DNA of 64,000 nt from an uncultured Candidatus Entotheonella sp. (GTDB lineage: Bacteria; Tectomicrobia; Entotheonellia; Entotheonellales; Entotheonellaceae): the NCBI GenBank assembly GCA_965217185.1, contig OZ244252.1:1088001-1152000 (forward strand), read 5' to 3'. Both the position numbers and the translations under genes were made by a program. Below the pieces are notes generated by a model, which did not search any database, had not been told where the DNA came from, and saw nothing but the letters and a program-made list of their open reading frames with translations. Positions 9,889 to 20,140 of the stretch are shown here, piece after piece; the first letter of the stretch is position 1; each line of letters begins with the position of its first letter.

Positions 9889-10770
9889 TCAGAAATTTGT
9901 CCGAATAATCATCTGAATAAGGCTAAAGGTCCGATGGAATAGATAATCGACATGCTCGTTTTTTATGAGGCGTTCCTGGTTCTTCTCGGAATGGCGTATC
10001 TGAAAATTGTTGCCGATCTTCGTTAGTTCTCTGGCCTCCACCTCCAGTGATTCTCGGAATTTGGAAGAGGACGTCCCAGCCGTCTGGTCAAGAAGAGATT
10101 TGATCTGTGCCTTCTTATCCAATCCGTTGCCCAGTGTCTTCAACCGCTCCCATGCGTCCCACAGAGCTTCCAAAGCTTCGCTCCGTATCGCTGCATCGGG
10201 ACTGAGAAATTTATACCGCGCTTTTTCCAACATGCCATTAAGCTCGTCATCGGCTGTGTGAAACTGAGTCGGAACAAGTTCTTCGCGCAGTACCGGTGGG
10301 GCAAGCCGTTCAATTTGGCCGTGTTCCGTGAGTTCATAAGCAAGGCCGTTGCGACGAAATATACGATTGACGTTGCTTTGGAATTTGTCTTGGCCAGCCT
10401 TCCTGTCGAAATCGAGGTGGTGATGCCTAAAGAATTCGTGATAGCTCTTGCGGATAGGCTCGCCAATACACCGCCAGCAGAACTCAATCATATCGAGTAT
10501 ATCCAGAGTCTGAGGAGTGTCCTCGGATATGCCGTAACGCGGGTTTACCTGTAGATTTGGAATATCAGCTCGCATGGCCTTCCAGACAGCGTCGTCATTG
10601 CTGCCAACAGGGCCGGCACCGTCCTCACAGGCGGTTGGATAACTCGCACCAAAAGACCCGTCCTCGATCAAAGAATGAACAAGTGCTTGGAAGCCACCCC
10701 ATGCGCCTTCGTCGATTTTCTCGTTTTCTCGGGGACTTTCCCCTTCCTCTCTCTCGCTGAAATAAATCAT
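9889..10770 (-). CDS. AbiJ N-terminal-domain-like protein with HEPN/Abi-like C-terminus
   Basis: Start MIYFSERE 4 bp after the helicase stop; LWDAWERLKT, GNNFQIRHSE (RH-containing motif). Confidence 0.65.
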   Translation of the reverse strand: MIYFSEREEGESPRENEKIDEGAWGGFQALVHSLIEDGSFGASYPTACEDGAGPVGSNDDAVWKAMRADIPNLQVNPRYGISEDTPQTLDILDMIEFCWRCIGEPIRKSYHEFFRHHHLDFDRKAGQDKFQSNVNRIFRRNGLAYELTEHGQIERLAPPVLREELVPTQFHTADDELNGMLEKARYKFLSPDAAIRSEALEALWDAWERLKTLGNGLDKKAQIKSLLDQTAGTSSSKFRESLEVEARELTKIGNNFQIRHSEKNQERLIKNEHVDYLFHRTFSLIQMIIRTNF

Positions 10771-10774
10771 GAAT

Positions 10775-13700
10775 TCAGTTTCCCTCCACGACCAAAACCC
10801 CATACGCCACCGGTTCAGCAATAATATCCGCTCTCTCCATCGCCCTGTCCAACTCCTGAATACGCCGCTCGTAATCCGCTTGCGCAGTATCAATTTGTGA
10901 CCGTCGCATTCGTTGGAGCTTCTCGTCGGCAGCTTGTTCGAGTTGTTCCTGAAGCAGTGCCAGCCGCACTTGGTGGCTCGTGGATAGGCTCTCTCCTCGA
11001 TACGCGGCGAGTTCCCGGGTTCGCTGTTGATGCTGTGTACGCGCCTCGGACCACAAGGCATGATGTTGTGCATCCAGTTCGTCCCACACGGCAGATGTAC
11101 TGCCTGCTCGGTCGTCTGTCGCGGCGTCTACCGCTTTCTCAAGCAGGCGATCAAGGTGTAGTGAAATAGCGGGCGATGAGGCAATCGGCTGGGCGTAGGT
11201 CTCAAATTGACCAGTTAGGCGGCCCGTCCGTGCGCCAATTTTGTAGATAAACCAACAATACCCCAGAGGAGTGCTGCCCATCACCCACCGTCCTACGTGA
11301 CACTTTGTCACCTCGCGCATCAATCATGTCCCCAAGCCGTACCAAACCCCCTCAGAATCGCTCAATTTCGGACTTACACCCAATCGGCTTGAGCATCAAG
11401 TCATCCCGAATACCGTAAAACCGCCACTGGTAAGCGGCAAAATCGTAGCGGCCTGCAGGCACTTTGCCGGTCCGCGCTTTCAATGTGGTGGTCACTCGGC
11501 GTTGCGTATCGAACGACATGGCGGCCTGCTTGACCAGCGGGTGAAGCGGCATAATGAAGGCGGCTTTCGGATTCTGGCTTGCACAATCCGGCTCGAAGGT
11601 GACGGACAGATGCGGTTCGCTTCCCTTCAGCCAAGTTTCCCACTCTCGATAGACAGGGGTGTTCTGCCTTGGGAGTTGCTGAAAGTCTCGTAACAGGATA
11701 TTTCGCGCGTCTTGTGAAAGACGCAGCGTTTTCAGCGGTCTCTCGCCGAGGATAAATGCCTGCTCCTTCCCGCAGGTGGTTTGCAGATAGAGCGTGACCA
11801 GCCTGTAGAGTGACGGCGGAGACAGCCAGTAGCTGGAGGCTTCTTCGATCTCCTGCTTCATCTGATCTTTGGGCAGACGAAGGCCAAAAAGCTCCAATTG
11901 CCGCTGTTCCAACTTTTCCTGTTCTTGTATCAGGCGAATCTCATTGTCCGCCAGCTGTTGCAACTTGGCCCGGCGGTCTTCTTCGTTGAGAGAATAATTT
12001 TCTGCGATGTTTCTGATCTCTCTGGAGATGTCCCCAAGTATTTCTTCGCTGCTGCCCAAGGCGTTCTCGAATACGCCGATACGAACAAGGCAGCGCTCAT
12101 AAATGTCCGCGTCAACGGTTCCCGGCGTAATCAGGTTGACAATGGCAACGCTTTCGCTCTGTTGGCCATTACGGTCGATACGACCGATCCGTTGCTCGAC
12201 ACGCATGGGGTTCCACGGCAAGTCGTAGTTCACAATGCAGTCGCAAAACTGGTAGTCCAATCCTTCGCAGCCAACCTCCGAGAACAGCAGCACGTCAAGA
12301 CAGTCGCCATCCTCCCGCGGTTTCTCGAAATGGACCCGAAGCGCAACACGCTCCTCGTCGGGCGTGCCGCCGTGAATCATGCCGACGCGGATACCGTCCG
12401 CCCTGAGATGTTCGTCCAAATAGGCAAGCGTGTGCCGAAAGCTGCTGAACAGCATGATCTTGTTGTTGGGCAGGTCTTGCTTGTCCCGAATGATTTTACG
12501 CAGGGCTTCCAATTTCGGGTCGAAGGGGTCGAGGGATCGCGCTTTCTCTATGATGGTTTCAATCTGCGTGCGGATTGAGTCGATGGCGTCGCCTGATGAG
12601 ACGAACTCCGCGCCGTCGGTTTCCGTCCATTCCAGTTCGTCAATGCGACGATTCAGGATACTGTCAAGAAACGGGGCCAGTCCCATCAGGCAACTGGCCG
12701 CCTGGCGTCGAATCGTGGTCATCATGAACTTGACGTTGGCGAGTGGACGCAGCCGGCTGAGAATCTCAATCTGGACTCGCATCAACTCGTCGTGAAGCCG
12801 CTGTTGTTCAGGCGTGAAGGCAACCGTGACGGTCTCCGGTTTCCGAATGGTGAAGGCCCCGATGTCGCGCCGGCGCGTACGATTTATGATTCCTGAGAAG
12901 GTGTGCAGGGCTTCAAGGTCGGTAATGAGTTGGATTCGTTCATCAGCAGCAACGCGGCCATCGGCAAGCTGGCCCCTGATTCGCCTGAATTCAGGATTGT
13001 GTCTGAGAATTGCTCGCCCCCAACCGGTTGCCGATGCTTGGTCGAGAGCGGCGGTCACGTGCCCCGTCCAACCCTGTTCTTGGGCCCGCGCGCAGTTCAC
13101 CGCCTGGTTGATAAATGGATTGGGCTCCGCCATGTGCTCGAAGCTTTCCTGATCCAGAACAAGGTCAGGACGGAGCGTGTTCAGCAGCACAAACAGATCA
13201 TGGTTGCCAAGTTGAATAGGCGTGGCAGTCAGAAAAATCGCGGCTTCGGCGGGGTCGCAGAAGAACCGAACCGCTTGGTGAGCGTAGGTGTTCGGATTTC
13301 GGATATGGTGCGCTTCGTCCACGATAACGAGATCAAAGCGCGGGGACGGGTCCAATGCCAGAAGCCCCTGCCCCCTCTTTTTCCTGTTCTTGCCATTGGA
13401 ACCCGGGCCGTAAAGGAGCGCCTCGTCAAACAACGAATAAGGGAGAATGGTTTTTCGATGTTGGGCGGGCCATTCTCCATCGAGGTGCATCTCATTGATA
13501 CAGTATCTCAGGGTTTTTCCATCCAGGTGGGTGAAGCGCTCGTCAAAGCGTTTCATCTCCAGTTCCCACTTGCGCTCGGTCACCAGGGGACGCGGACAAA
13601 TGATGAGAATGGACCTGATCTCCCGCCGCGCTTGCAACTCCCGCAGAATCAGGCCAGCTTCGATGGTTTTGCCGACCCCCACGCCGTCGGCTATCAACAG

Positions 13701-14033
13701 GCGCGGACGGTCCGACCGGATGAATCTCAACACTGGGCGGAACTGGTAGGGGATGAAATCAACGCGAGCCGCGTTGAGTGAATACAGCGTCGACAAACTG
13801 GGATGCCGTATTTGCAGGGCGGTCAGGTAGGTCTGAAATTGGGCGGCGGAATAAGGGGAGACGCTATCGCTTTGGTCAACGGCCTGTAATTGGGAGGCGT
13901 AATACCTCTGGACGTTGCCATCGACAAAAACCATGATACGGTCTTCCGATGGTCCTGCCTGAACTTTGACGACAACTCCCCTGATGGACGGGTTGGAGGC
14001 CAAGCACACTATCTGACCCGGGGGAAAGCCCAT
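10775..14033 (-). pseudogene. SNF2/RapA-like helicase interrupted by a MITE (1019 aa when restored)
   Basis: ADGVGVGKT, DEAHH, TATP, EGLD, QRIGRIDR; removing the MITE plus one TSD (199 bp) joins ...MLKPI to ASSPAISL... in frame. Confidence 0.88.
11191..11381. mobile_element. 191-bp MITE with IS256-like ends
   Basis: TIRs GGGCGTAGGTCTCAAATTGA / GGGTGTAAGTCCGAAATTGA (16/20); 8-bp TSD AATCGGCT at 11183-11190 and 11382-11389. Confidence 0.88.
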
Positions 14034-14117
14034 TGAAAACTCCTGAACATGGGCAACCGCTATAGGCAGGATTTGGATTCGTTGTCATAACTGTGGCGAG
14101 GCCTTTCTGTTTATGGC

Positions 14118-15731
14118 CTAAACAGGTGAGCGCCAAGCCGTACGGAAGCCGCCAGCATTGTAGGTGATGTTACCGGCGATGTTGGGTTGATAGGCCCTGA
14201 GGTGTTTGTGCCAGGCGGACAGATTGTGGGCGCTGATCGTTCTCACCTTCGGTGCCTCGGCGTGGATCAAATTTTCGGCCTCGGTATAAAGCTGGACGCG
14301 CTCCACCTTATCCTCCGTGCGCCGTGCTGCGGTGATGAGCTTGTCGTAATCGGCGTTCACCCAGCCTCCGTAGGTCTGTTTCGAGGCCGGGCTTTCGGAG
14401 CTCAGTTCCTTGAAGTAATACTCGTGCGGGTCCATGCGGTAGGCGCTGCCCAGCCCGAGGATGTCCCACTCGCGGCTCTTGCGGGCCGCGGTCAACTGCC
14501 CCCAGTCCAGGATCTTCAGGTTCACCATGAAGCCGATCTGGCGTAGATGCTGCTGGAAGACCTGCGCCCCCTCTTTGATGTAGTTGTAGCGATTGAACGT
14601 GATCATGGTGAGCTGCGTTCCCGGCCGTATACCCGCTTCCTTGAGAAGCCGCCGGGCTTCCTCCGGGTTGTACTCCCAAGACGACACTCCGGGCAGCCGC
14701 CAGGGCGATACTTCGGTGTAAAACTGGTCCATGATCTCGCCGTGCCCGAACAGCGTCTTGCGCATGATGTCCTGCTTGTCCACCGCCATGGCCACCGCGC
14801 GCCGCACCCGCACGTCGTCGAACGGCGGGCGTTGGGCGTTGAAGTAGTACCAGATGGTGCCAAGCGCCTTGATCTGGTAGGTGTCGAAGGTGTCCGTCCA
14901 CTCGCTGAAACGCGCCTGGTCGCGGTAGCTGGCGGCATCGATCATGTCGACCTCGCCGGTGCGCAGGGCGGTCAGCCGCACGGTGTCGTCGGCCAGGGGC
15001 TTGCCGATGATTTCGTCCAGGTATGGCAGTGCGTTGCCGTCAGTGTCCTTTTCCCAATAAGTATCGTGGCGGGCCATCACGGTGGTGTGCAACCGCTTCC
15101 AGGAGACGAACTTGAACGGGCCGGTGGCGATGGGGTGCTGCTTGATCGAGTCGAGGCTTTGCGGGTCGATGATCGGCACCCAGCGGTTGGTGAGCATGGC
15201 CGGCAGCGGGTAGTACTTATCCTTCAGCGTCGTCCGCAGGGTGAAGTCGTCGAGCAGTTCGATCTTGTCAATGATGCTTAATTCCCCGCGAATCACCGCG
15301 CCGGTTCTGGGGTTCAGGACGCGTTCCAGGTTGGCCTTGACGTCGGCGCCGGTCATCTGCCGGCCGTTGTGAAAGGTGACGTCCTTACGGATATGCCACG
15401 TCCAGGTCAGGCCGTCCTTCGACGTTTCCCAGGCGTGCGCCAGGGCGGGCACGACGTTGGTGTTGTAGTCCGCCTCCGTGAGGCCATTGTAGATCAGCGA
15501 CAGGGCGTTGGAGGTCGGGTACGGCGGGAAGAAATGATGCGGATCGAGCCGGCTGACATCGCCCCGCAGGCCGATCTTGATGGAGCCGCCGTAGCTCGGC
15601 TGTGTGGCCGCCTGCGCAGCCGTGGGCGGCAGGCCCAACGCCGCCAGGCCAACAACACTGCTGCCCGCCGCGGCCATGAATTCGCGGCGGCTGAGGCGCA
15701 ATGCCGCGTCCGTCGTTTCGATTGGTGTCAT
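14118..15731 (-). CDS. Peptide/nickel ABC transporter substrate-binding protein, Tat signal
   Basis: LSRREFMAAAG Tat motif; family-5 SBP motifs (VPALAHAWE, FHNG, PIATGPFKF). Confidence 0.92.
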   Translation of the reverse strand: MTPIETTDAALRLSRREFMAAAGSSVVGLAALGLPPTAAQAATQPSYGGSIKIGLRGDVSRLDPHHFFPPYPTSNALSLIYNGLTEADYNTNVVPALAHAWETSKDGLTWTWHIRKDVTFHNGRQMTGADVKANLERVLNPRTGAVIRGELSIIDKIELLDDFTLRTTLKDKYYPLPAMLTNRWVPIIDPQSLDSIKQHPIATGPFKFVSWKRLHTTVMARHDTYWEKDTDGNALPYLDEIIGKPLADDTVRLTALRTGEVDMIDAASYRDQARFSEWTDTFDTYQIKALGTIWYYFNAQRPPFDDVRVRRAVAMAVDKQDIMRKTLFGHGEIMDQFYTEVSPWRLPGVSSWEYNPEEARRLLKEAGIRPGTQLTMITFNRYNYIKEGAQVFQQHLRQIGFMVNLKILDWGQLTAARKSREWDILGLGSAYRMDPHEYYFKELSSESPASKQTYGGWVNADYDKLITAARRTEDKVERVQLYTEAENLIHAEAPKVRTISAHNLSAWHKHLRAYQPNIAGNITYNAGGFRTAWRSPV

Positions 15732-15743
15732 GCCTTGCAACTC

Positions 15744-16721
15744 CTATTGCTCGACTTGGCGGGGATCGAGGATGTCCCGCAGACCGTCGCCGAACAGGTT
15801 GAATCCCAGAACGGTGAGCGACAGCGCCAGGCCCGGAAAGACGGTCAGCAGCGGGTAGGTTTCCATGAAATTCTTCGCCTCGTTCAGGTCGGCGCCCCAC
15901 GCCGGGGTGGGCGGCTGCGCACCGAGGCCCAGGAATGCCAGGCCGGCCTCGACGATGATCAGGAAGCCGACGGATACGCTGGCCTGCACGATAATGGGCG
16001 ACAGGCAATTGGGGAGAATTTGCCGAAAGGTGATGTTGAGGTTGGAATCGCCGATGATGTGCGACGCCTCGACGTATTCCTTCACCTTCTCGGACAACAC
16101 GCTGCCGCGTACCAGCCGCGCCAGCAGCGGCACCTGGGCGACCCCCAGCGCCATGATGAGCACCAGATCGCTGCCGCCGAAGATGGCCACGACCAGGAGG
16201 AAGAACAGAATGCCGGGGATCGCCAGCCAGGCATCGACGAGGCGCATGATGATGTTGTCCAGAGGCACTCGCATCTGGCGGCCGGCGAGGCGCACGGTGG
16301 TGGTGCCGTAATAACCGGACACGGCGCCAAGCGGCACGCCGAGCAGGATGCCCAGCACCACGGCGGAGACGCTGATGACCATGGCCCGCCGGGCGCCGTG
16401 CACCACCCGCGACCAGATGTCGCGGCCAAAGGGGTCGGTGCCGAACCAGTGCTCCCAACTGACGGGCGCCAGGGCGGCTTCGGTCATGTCGAAGGGGTCG
16501 TACCGGGCCAGGACGTCGGCGAAAATGGCGACCAGGACCATCACCAGAACGATGAAGGCGCCGCAGGAAGCCAGCTTGCTCTTCCACAATTCGCCGCCCA
16601 TGTCTTTCAGGCAGGTCCCGGCGCGGCGTAGCCGGGTGGCCAGGGTCGGCGCCTCAACCTTGATGTCGTCCTGATTCAACAGGCGACTGCTGACGTCGCG
16701 TGCGACGCTGTCCGTAGCCAT
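15744..16721 (-). CDS. Peptide ABC transporter permease (DppC/OppC-like)
   Basis: HWFGTDPFGRD, EYVEAS, LFGDGLRDILDPR. Confidence 0.93.
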   Translation of the reverse strand: MATDSVARDVSSRLLNQDDIKVEAPTLATRLRRAGTCLKDMGGELWKSKLASCGAFIVLVMVLVAIFADVLARYDPFDMTEAALAPVSWEHWFGTDPFGRDIWSRVVHGARRAMVISVSAVVLGILLGVPLGAVSGYYGTTTVRLAGRQMRVPLDNIIMRLVDAWLAIPGILFFLLVVAIFGGSDLVLIMALGVAQVPLLARLVRGSVLSEKVKEYVEASHIIGDSNLNITFRQILPNCLSPIIVQASVSVGFLIIVEAGLAFLGLGAQPPTPAWGADLNEAKNFMETYPLLTVFPGLALSLTVLGFNLFGDGLRDILDPRQVEQ

Positions 16722-16748
16722 AACCTGTCTCCCCTCCCCTTGCCCGGT

Positions 16749-17699
16749 TCAACTCAGCTCGACGCGCGGGTTGACCAGGCGATACATCAGATCGACCAAG
16801 AGATTGATGCCGACGAAAAAGATGGCCAGAAGCAGCACGGCGCCCTGCAGTACCGGAAAGTCTCGCGCGTTGATGTGCTCGAAGATCAACAGCCCGACGC
16901 CCGGCCAGCCAAAGATCGTTTCAATGATGATGGTGCCGCCCAACTGGCGGGCGAACAGCAGGCCGACGATGGTGATGGTGGGAATCAGGGCGTTTTTGAG
17001 TGTGTACTTGAAGATGATCTTCCACTCCGGCAGGCCCTGCGAGCGGGCGGTGTAGACGTAGTCCTTGTTGAGCTCATCCAGCATGCTGGAGCGGGTCATG
17101 CGGGTGGCCACGGCGCACGGATACGCTGCCAATACGATGGCCGGCATGACGAAGTGTTTCAGGCTGCCGAAGAAGTCCTGCATCGGGTCGACGTAGCCCA
17201 TGCTCGGCAGCCAGCGCAGGCCGAGCGAGAACAGCAGGATCATCATCAGGGCGAGCCAGAAATTCGGCACCGTGAGGCCGAGCACCGAGGTGCCCATGGC
17301 CACGTAATCGGTCATCGTGTTCTTGCGCAGTGCCGCGATGGTGCCCATGGGGATGGCCACCGCAATGGCGAGCACGACGGCGGCAAGGGCCAAGTATAAG
17401 GTGGCGGGAAAACGCTCCATGATGAGGCCGCCGACCGGTAGCTGACTGTAGATCGATTCCCCGAAATCACCCTGCAGGGCGCGCCACAGCCAATCGAAAT
17501 ACTGCACCAGAACAGGGCGGTCGAGGCCCAATTCCTTTTCCAGTATGAGGCGGACTTCTTCGTCGAGGACTTCGTCGGGCGGCACCATCATTTCGATGGG
17601 CCCGCCGGGCAGGAAGCGGAATATGAAAAAGACGAAGGCGGTGAGCAGGAACAGGATGGGAATGAGGTTCAGCAGGCGCCGCACGGTGTAGGCCAGCAT
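16749..17699 (-). CDS. Peptide ABC transporter permease (DppB/OppB-like)
   Basis: GDFGES, DYVYTARSQGL, IETIFGWPGVG, RDFPVLQG. Confidence 0.93.
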   Translation of the reverse strand: MLAYTVRRLLNLIPILFLLTAFVFFIFRFLPGGPIEMMVPPDEVLDEEVRLILEKELGLDRPVLVQYFDWLWRALQGDFGESIYSQLPVGGLIMERFPATLYLALAAVVLAIAVAIPMGTIAALRKNTMTDYVAMGTSVLGLTVPNFWLALMMILLFSLGLRWLPSMGYVDPMQDFFGSLKHFVMPAIVLAAYPCAVATRMTRSSMLDELNKDYVYTARSQGLPEWKIIFKYTLKNALIPTITIVGLLFARQLGGTIIIETIFGWPGVGLLIFEHINARDFPVLQGAVLLLAIFFVGINLLVDLMYRLVNPRVELS

Positions 17700-17880
17700 G
17701 ATATCTCCCTTTTGAACGGCCCGACACTCGAAAGAAGCGGCGCTATTCTACACACAATTCCTGACCGGATAAACGAAAAGCAAAACCGCGTTCCCGGCGG
17801 CTGGCGGGTATTCGGCAGGCGCTGGTGTCATAATAGGAAAAAACGGTTGACCGGTTCATCAAAATTGCTCGGAGGACACA

Positions 17881-19437
17881 ATGGCGGAACAGGCAGCACC
17901 CTATTCCACGGCCAGAATATGGCTGATTTCGGCCACGGTGATGCTGGCAACGTATGTCTCGGTGATCGATCTGACCATCGTCAACGTGGCAATGCCGCAA
18001 ATGATGGGCACCTTCGGGGTGACGCTGGATGCCATTACCTGGGTGGCGGTGTCGTACAGCATTGCCGAGATCGTCATGGTGACCATGGCCTCCTGGTTCA
18101 CCAAGCTGATGGGGCGCAAACGCTTTTACTTGTACTGCCTGGGTCTGTTCACGGTCGCCTCGGTGCTCAGCGGCTTGGCGCGTTCGTTGGAAATGATGAT
18201 CATCACCCGCCTCCTGCAGGGTCTCGGCGGCGGCGCGCTGATTCCCATGGCGCAGGCCATCATGCTGGAGATCTTCCCGGCGGAGAAGCGCGGCACGGCG
18301 ATGGCGGTGTTCATGATGGGCGTGGTGCTGGCGCCTGCCATGGGCCCGGTGCTGGGCGGCTGGTTGACTGATGCCTACGGTTGGCCGTGGATTTTCTACA
18401 TCAACATTCCTATCGGCGCGCTCAGCGTTGTGCTGGTGCTGGCCTTCCTGCCCGAGGCGTCGTATTACGAGCGCGGCCTGGCGCGCATTGACGTGGTCGG
18501 CATCGTCCTGCTGGTGGTCGGACTGACGACCTTGCAGTTGTTCCTCGAACGCGGCGAGCGCGAGGACTGGTTCCAATCGCCCTTCATCATCTGTGCCGCG
18601 GCGATTGCGCTGGTGTCGCTGATCGCCTTGGTGCTATGGGAGTTGTGGGTCGAGGAGCCGGTGGTCAACCTGCGCGTGCTGAAGAACCTGCCCTTCGTCG
18701 GCGGCGTGTCGATGGGGCTGTTCTTCGGTCTCACCACCTTCGGCAGCATCTTTATTCTCCCCTTGTTCTTGCAGCAGATTCGCGGCTATACGGTGCTGGA
18801 TTCCGGTCTTATTCAGATGCCGCGCATGCTGGTCGTGCTGTTCGTGGCGCCGATTGCCGGAAAGGTCTACGGACGCCTGGATAGCCGCCTGCTGGCCCTC
18901 TTCGGTACCGCCATCATGATGGCCGGGTACCTCGACATGTCGCGCTTCACCCTGGAGGTCGGCTGGGAGCGCATGCTGCCGGGGTTGTTGATGACCGGCG
19001 CCGGCATGGCGTTCCTGTTCAGCGTACTGTCGGCGGCGACCATGAGCGCCATTCCGCCGCCGCTGCTGATTGCCGCCTCCGGGATGTTCACGCTGTCGCG
19101 CCGCATCGGCGGCAACATTGGCTATGCCTTCGTGGCCAATCAGATCACCCACCGCGCTACCTTCCACCGCGCCCGGCTGGTGGACCACGTGACGCCCTAC
19201 GACGCCGAAACGGCGCGGACGCTGGACGGCCTGACGGGTAGCCTGACGGCCCGCGGTTTGCCGCCCGGCACGGCGGAGTCGAGCGCCCTGCATCTCCTGG
19301 ACAGCGTCGTGGACCGCCAGGCCACCATGATGGCGTACAACGACGTGTTCTGGATGATGGGCATGATGTTCGTGTTCAGCCTGCCGTTCCTGCTGCTGCT
19401 CGGCAGCGGCACCACTCCGGCGGCGCGCAAAGGCTGA
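17881..19437 (+). CDS. DHA2-family (EmrB/QacA) MFS efflux transporter
   Basis: DLTIVNVAMP, RLLQGLGGG, GPVLGGWLTD..GWPWIFYINIPIG. Confidence 0.92.
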   Translation: MAEQAAPYSTARIWLISATVMLATYVSVIDLTIVNVAMPQMMGTFGVTLDAITWVAVSYSIAEIVMVTMASWFTKLMGRKRFYLYCLGLFTVASVLSGLARSLEMMIITRLLQGLGGGALIPMAQAIMLEIFPAEKRGTAMAVFMMGVVLAPAMGPVLGGWLTDAYGWPWIFYINIPIGALSVVLVLAFLPEASYYERGLARIDVVGIVLLVVGLTTLQLFLERGEREDWFQSPFIICAAAIALVSLIALVLWELWVEEPVVNLRVLKNLPFVGGVSMGLFFGLTTFGSIFILPLFLQQIRGYTVLDSGLIQMPRMLVVLFVAPIAGKVYGRLDSRLLALFGTAIMMAGYLDMSRFTLEVGWERMLPGLLMTGAGMAFLFSVLSAATMSAIPPPLLIAASGMFTLSRRIGGNIGYAFVANQITHRATFHRARLVDHVTPYDAETARTLDGLTGSLTARGLPPGTAESSALHLLDSVVDRQATMMAYNDVFWMMGMMFVFSLPFLLLLGSGTTPAARKG

Positions 19438-19461
19438 GCGGATTCAACTATTGGACGGGTT

Positions 19462-19914
19462 ATGGCGGACAGCGACGTATTGGGCTATGGCGGGTTGTTC
19501 CTGGGGTCATTTCTGGCGCCGACGATCCTGCCCCTGAGTTCGGAGGCCGTGCTCGCCGCCATGGTGATCGGCGGATTCGATCCCGTCGCGTGCGTGCTCG
19601 TGGCGTCCGCCGGCAATTCGCTGGGCGGCATGACGTCCTACTTCCTGGGCTATGTCGGTAAATGGGCGTGGGTGGAGAAGTTCTTTGCCCGCAATCGTGA
19701 CAGGGTTGCCAGGGTGAAGGCATGGGCGGACCGCTACGGCAGTCGAGCCGCCCTGCTCTGCTGGCTGCCGGTTGTGGGCGATCCGCTGGCCATCGCCCTG
19801 GGCTTCGTGCGCAGCCCCGTCTGGCAGGTCGGCTTCTACATGCTGGCCGGCAAGTTCCTCAGATACGCCGTCTGGGTCTGGCTGATCCGCCAAGGTATGC
19901 GCCTTTACGACTGA
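19462..19914 (+). CDS. YqaA/DedA-family membrane protein
   Basis: FLAPTILPLSSE, GNSLGG, WLPVVGDPL, GKFLRY. Confidence 0.88.
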   Translation: MADSDVLGYGGLFLGSFLAPTILPLSSEAVLAAMVIGGFDPVACVLVASAGNSLGGMTSYFLGYVGKWAWVEKFFARNRDRVARVKAWADRYGSRAALLCWLPVVGDPLAIALGFVRSPVWQVGFYMLAGKFLRYAVWVWLIRQGMRLYD

Positions 19915-20140
19915 TTTCAGGGAGAACGCTGTTAATGATCCGATTTCTATTCTGGACAGGTTTAATCAGCGTCGTTGGGAGCTTCATCCGACGATGGGTC
20001 ACCCCAGACACGAAGCTGGGCAGCGAGCACAGATCTCTGGAGCGCCCTGTAGAGAGGCGCCCCACAAAGTCAACGCGCCCAAGAAACGCACCAAGAAGAA
20101 ACAATTACGAGCCACATGCCCTTGTAGAGAGGCGCCCTAA

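Noticed and set aside
14118..17699. ABC operons lacking ATPase genes (here and 26569-29698)
   Set aside because: ATPases shared in trans are common, so this is not distinctive
20027..20137. CRISPR-like repeats (tgtagagaggcgccc)
   Set aside because: Only two copies, in frame within a coding repeat; no array or cas genes in the window
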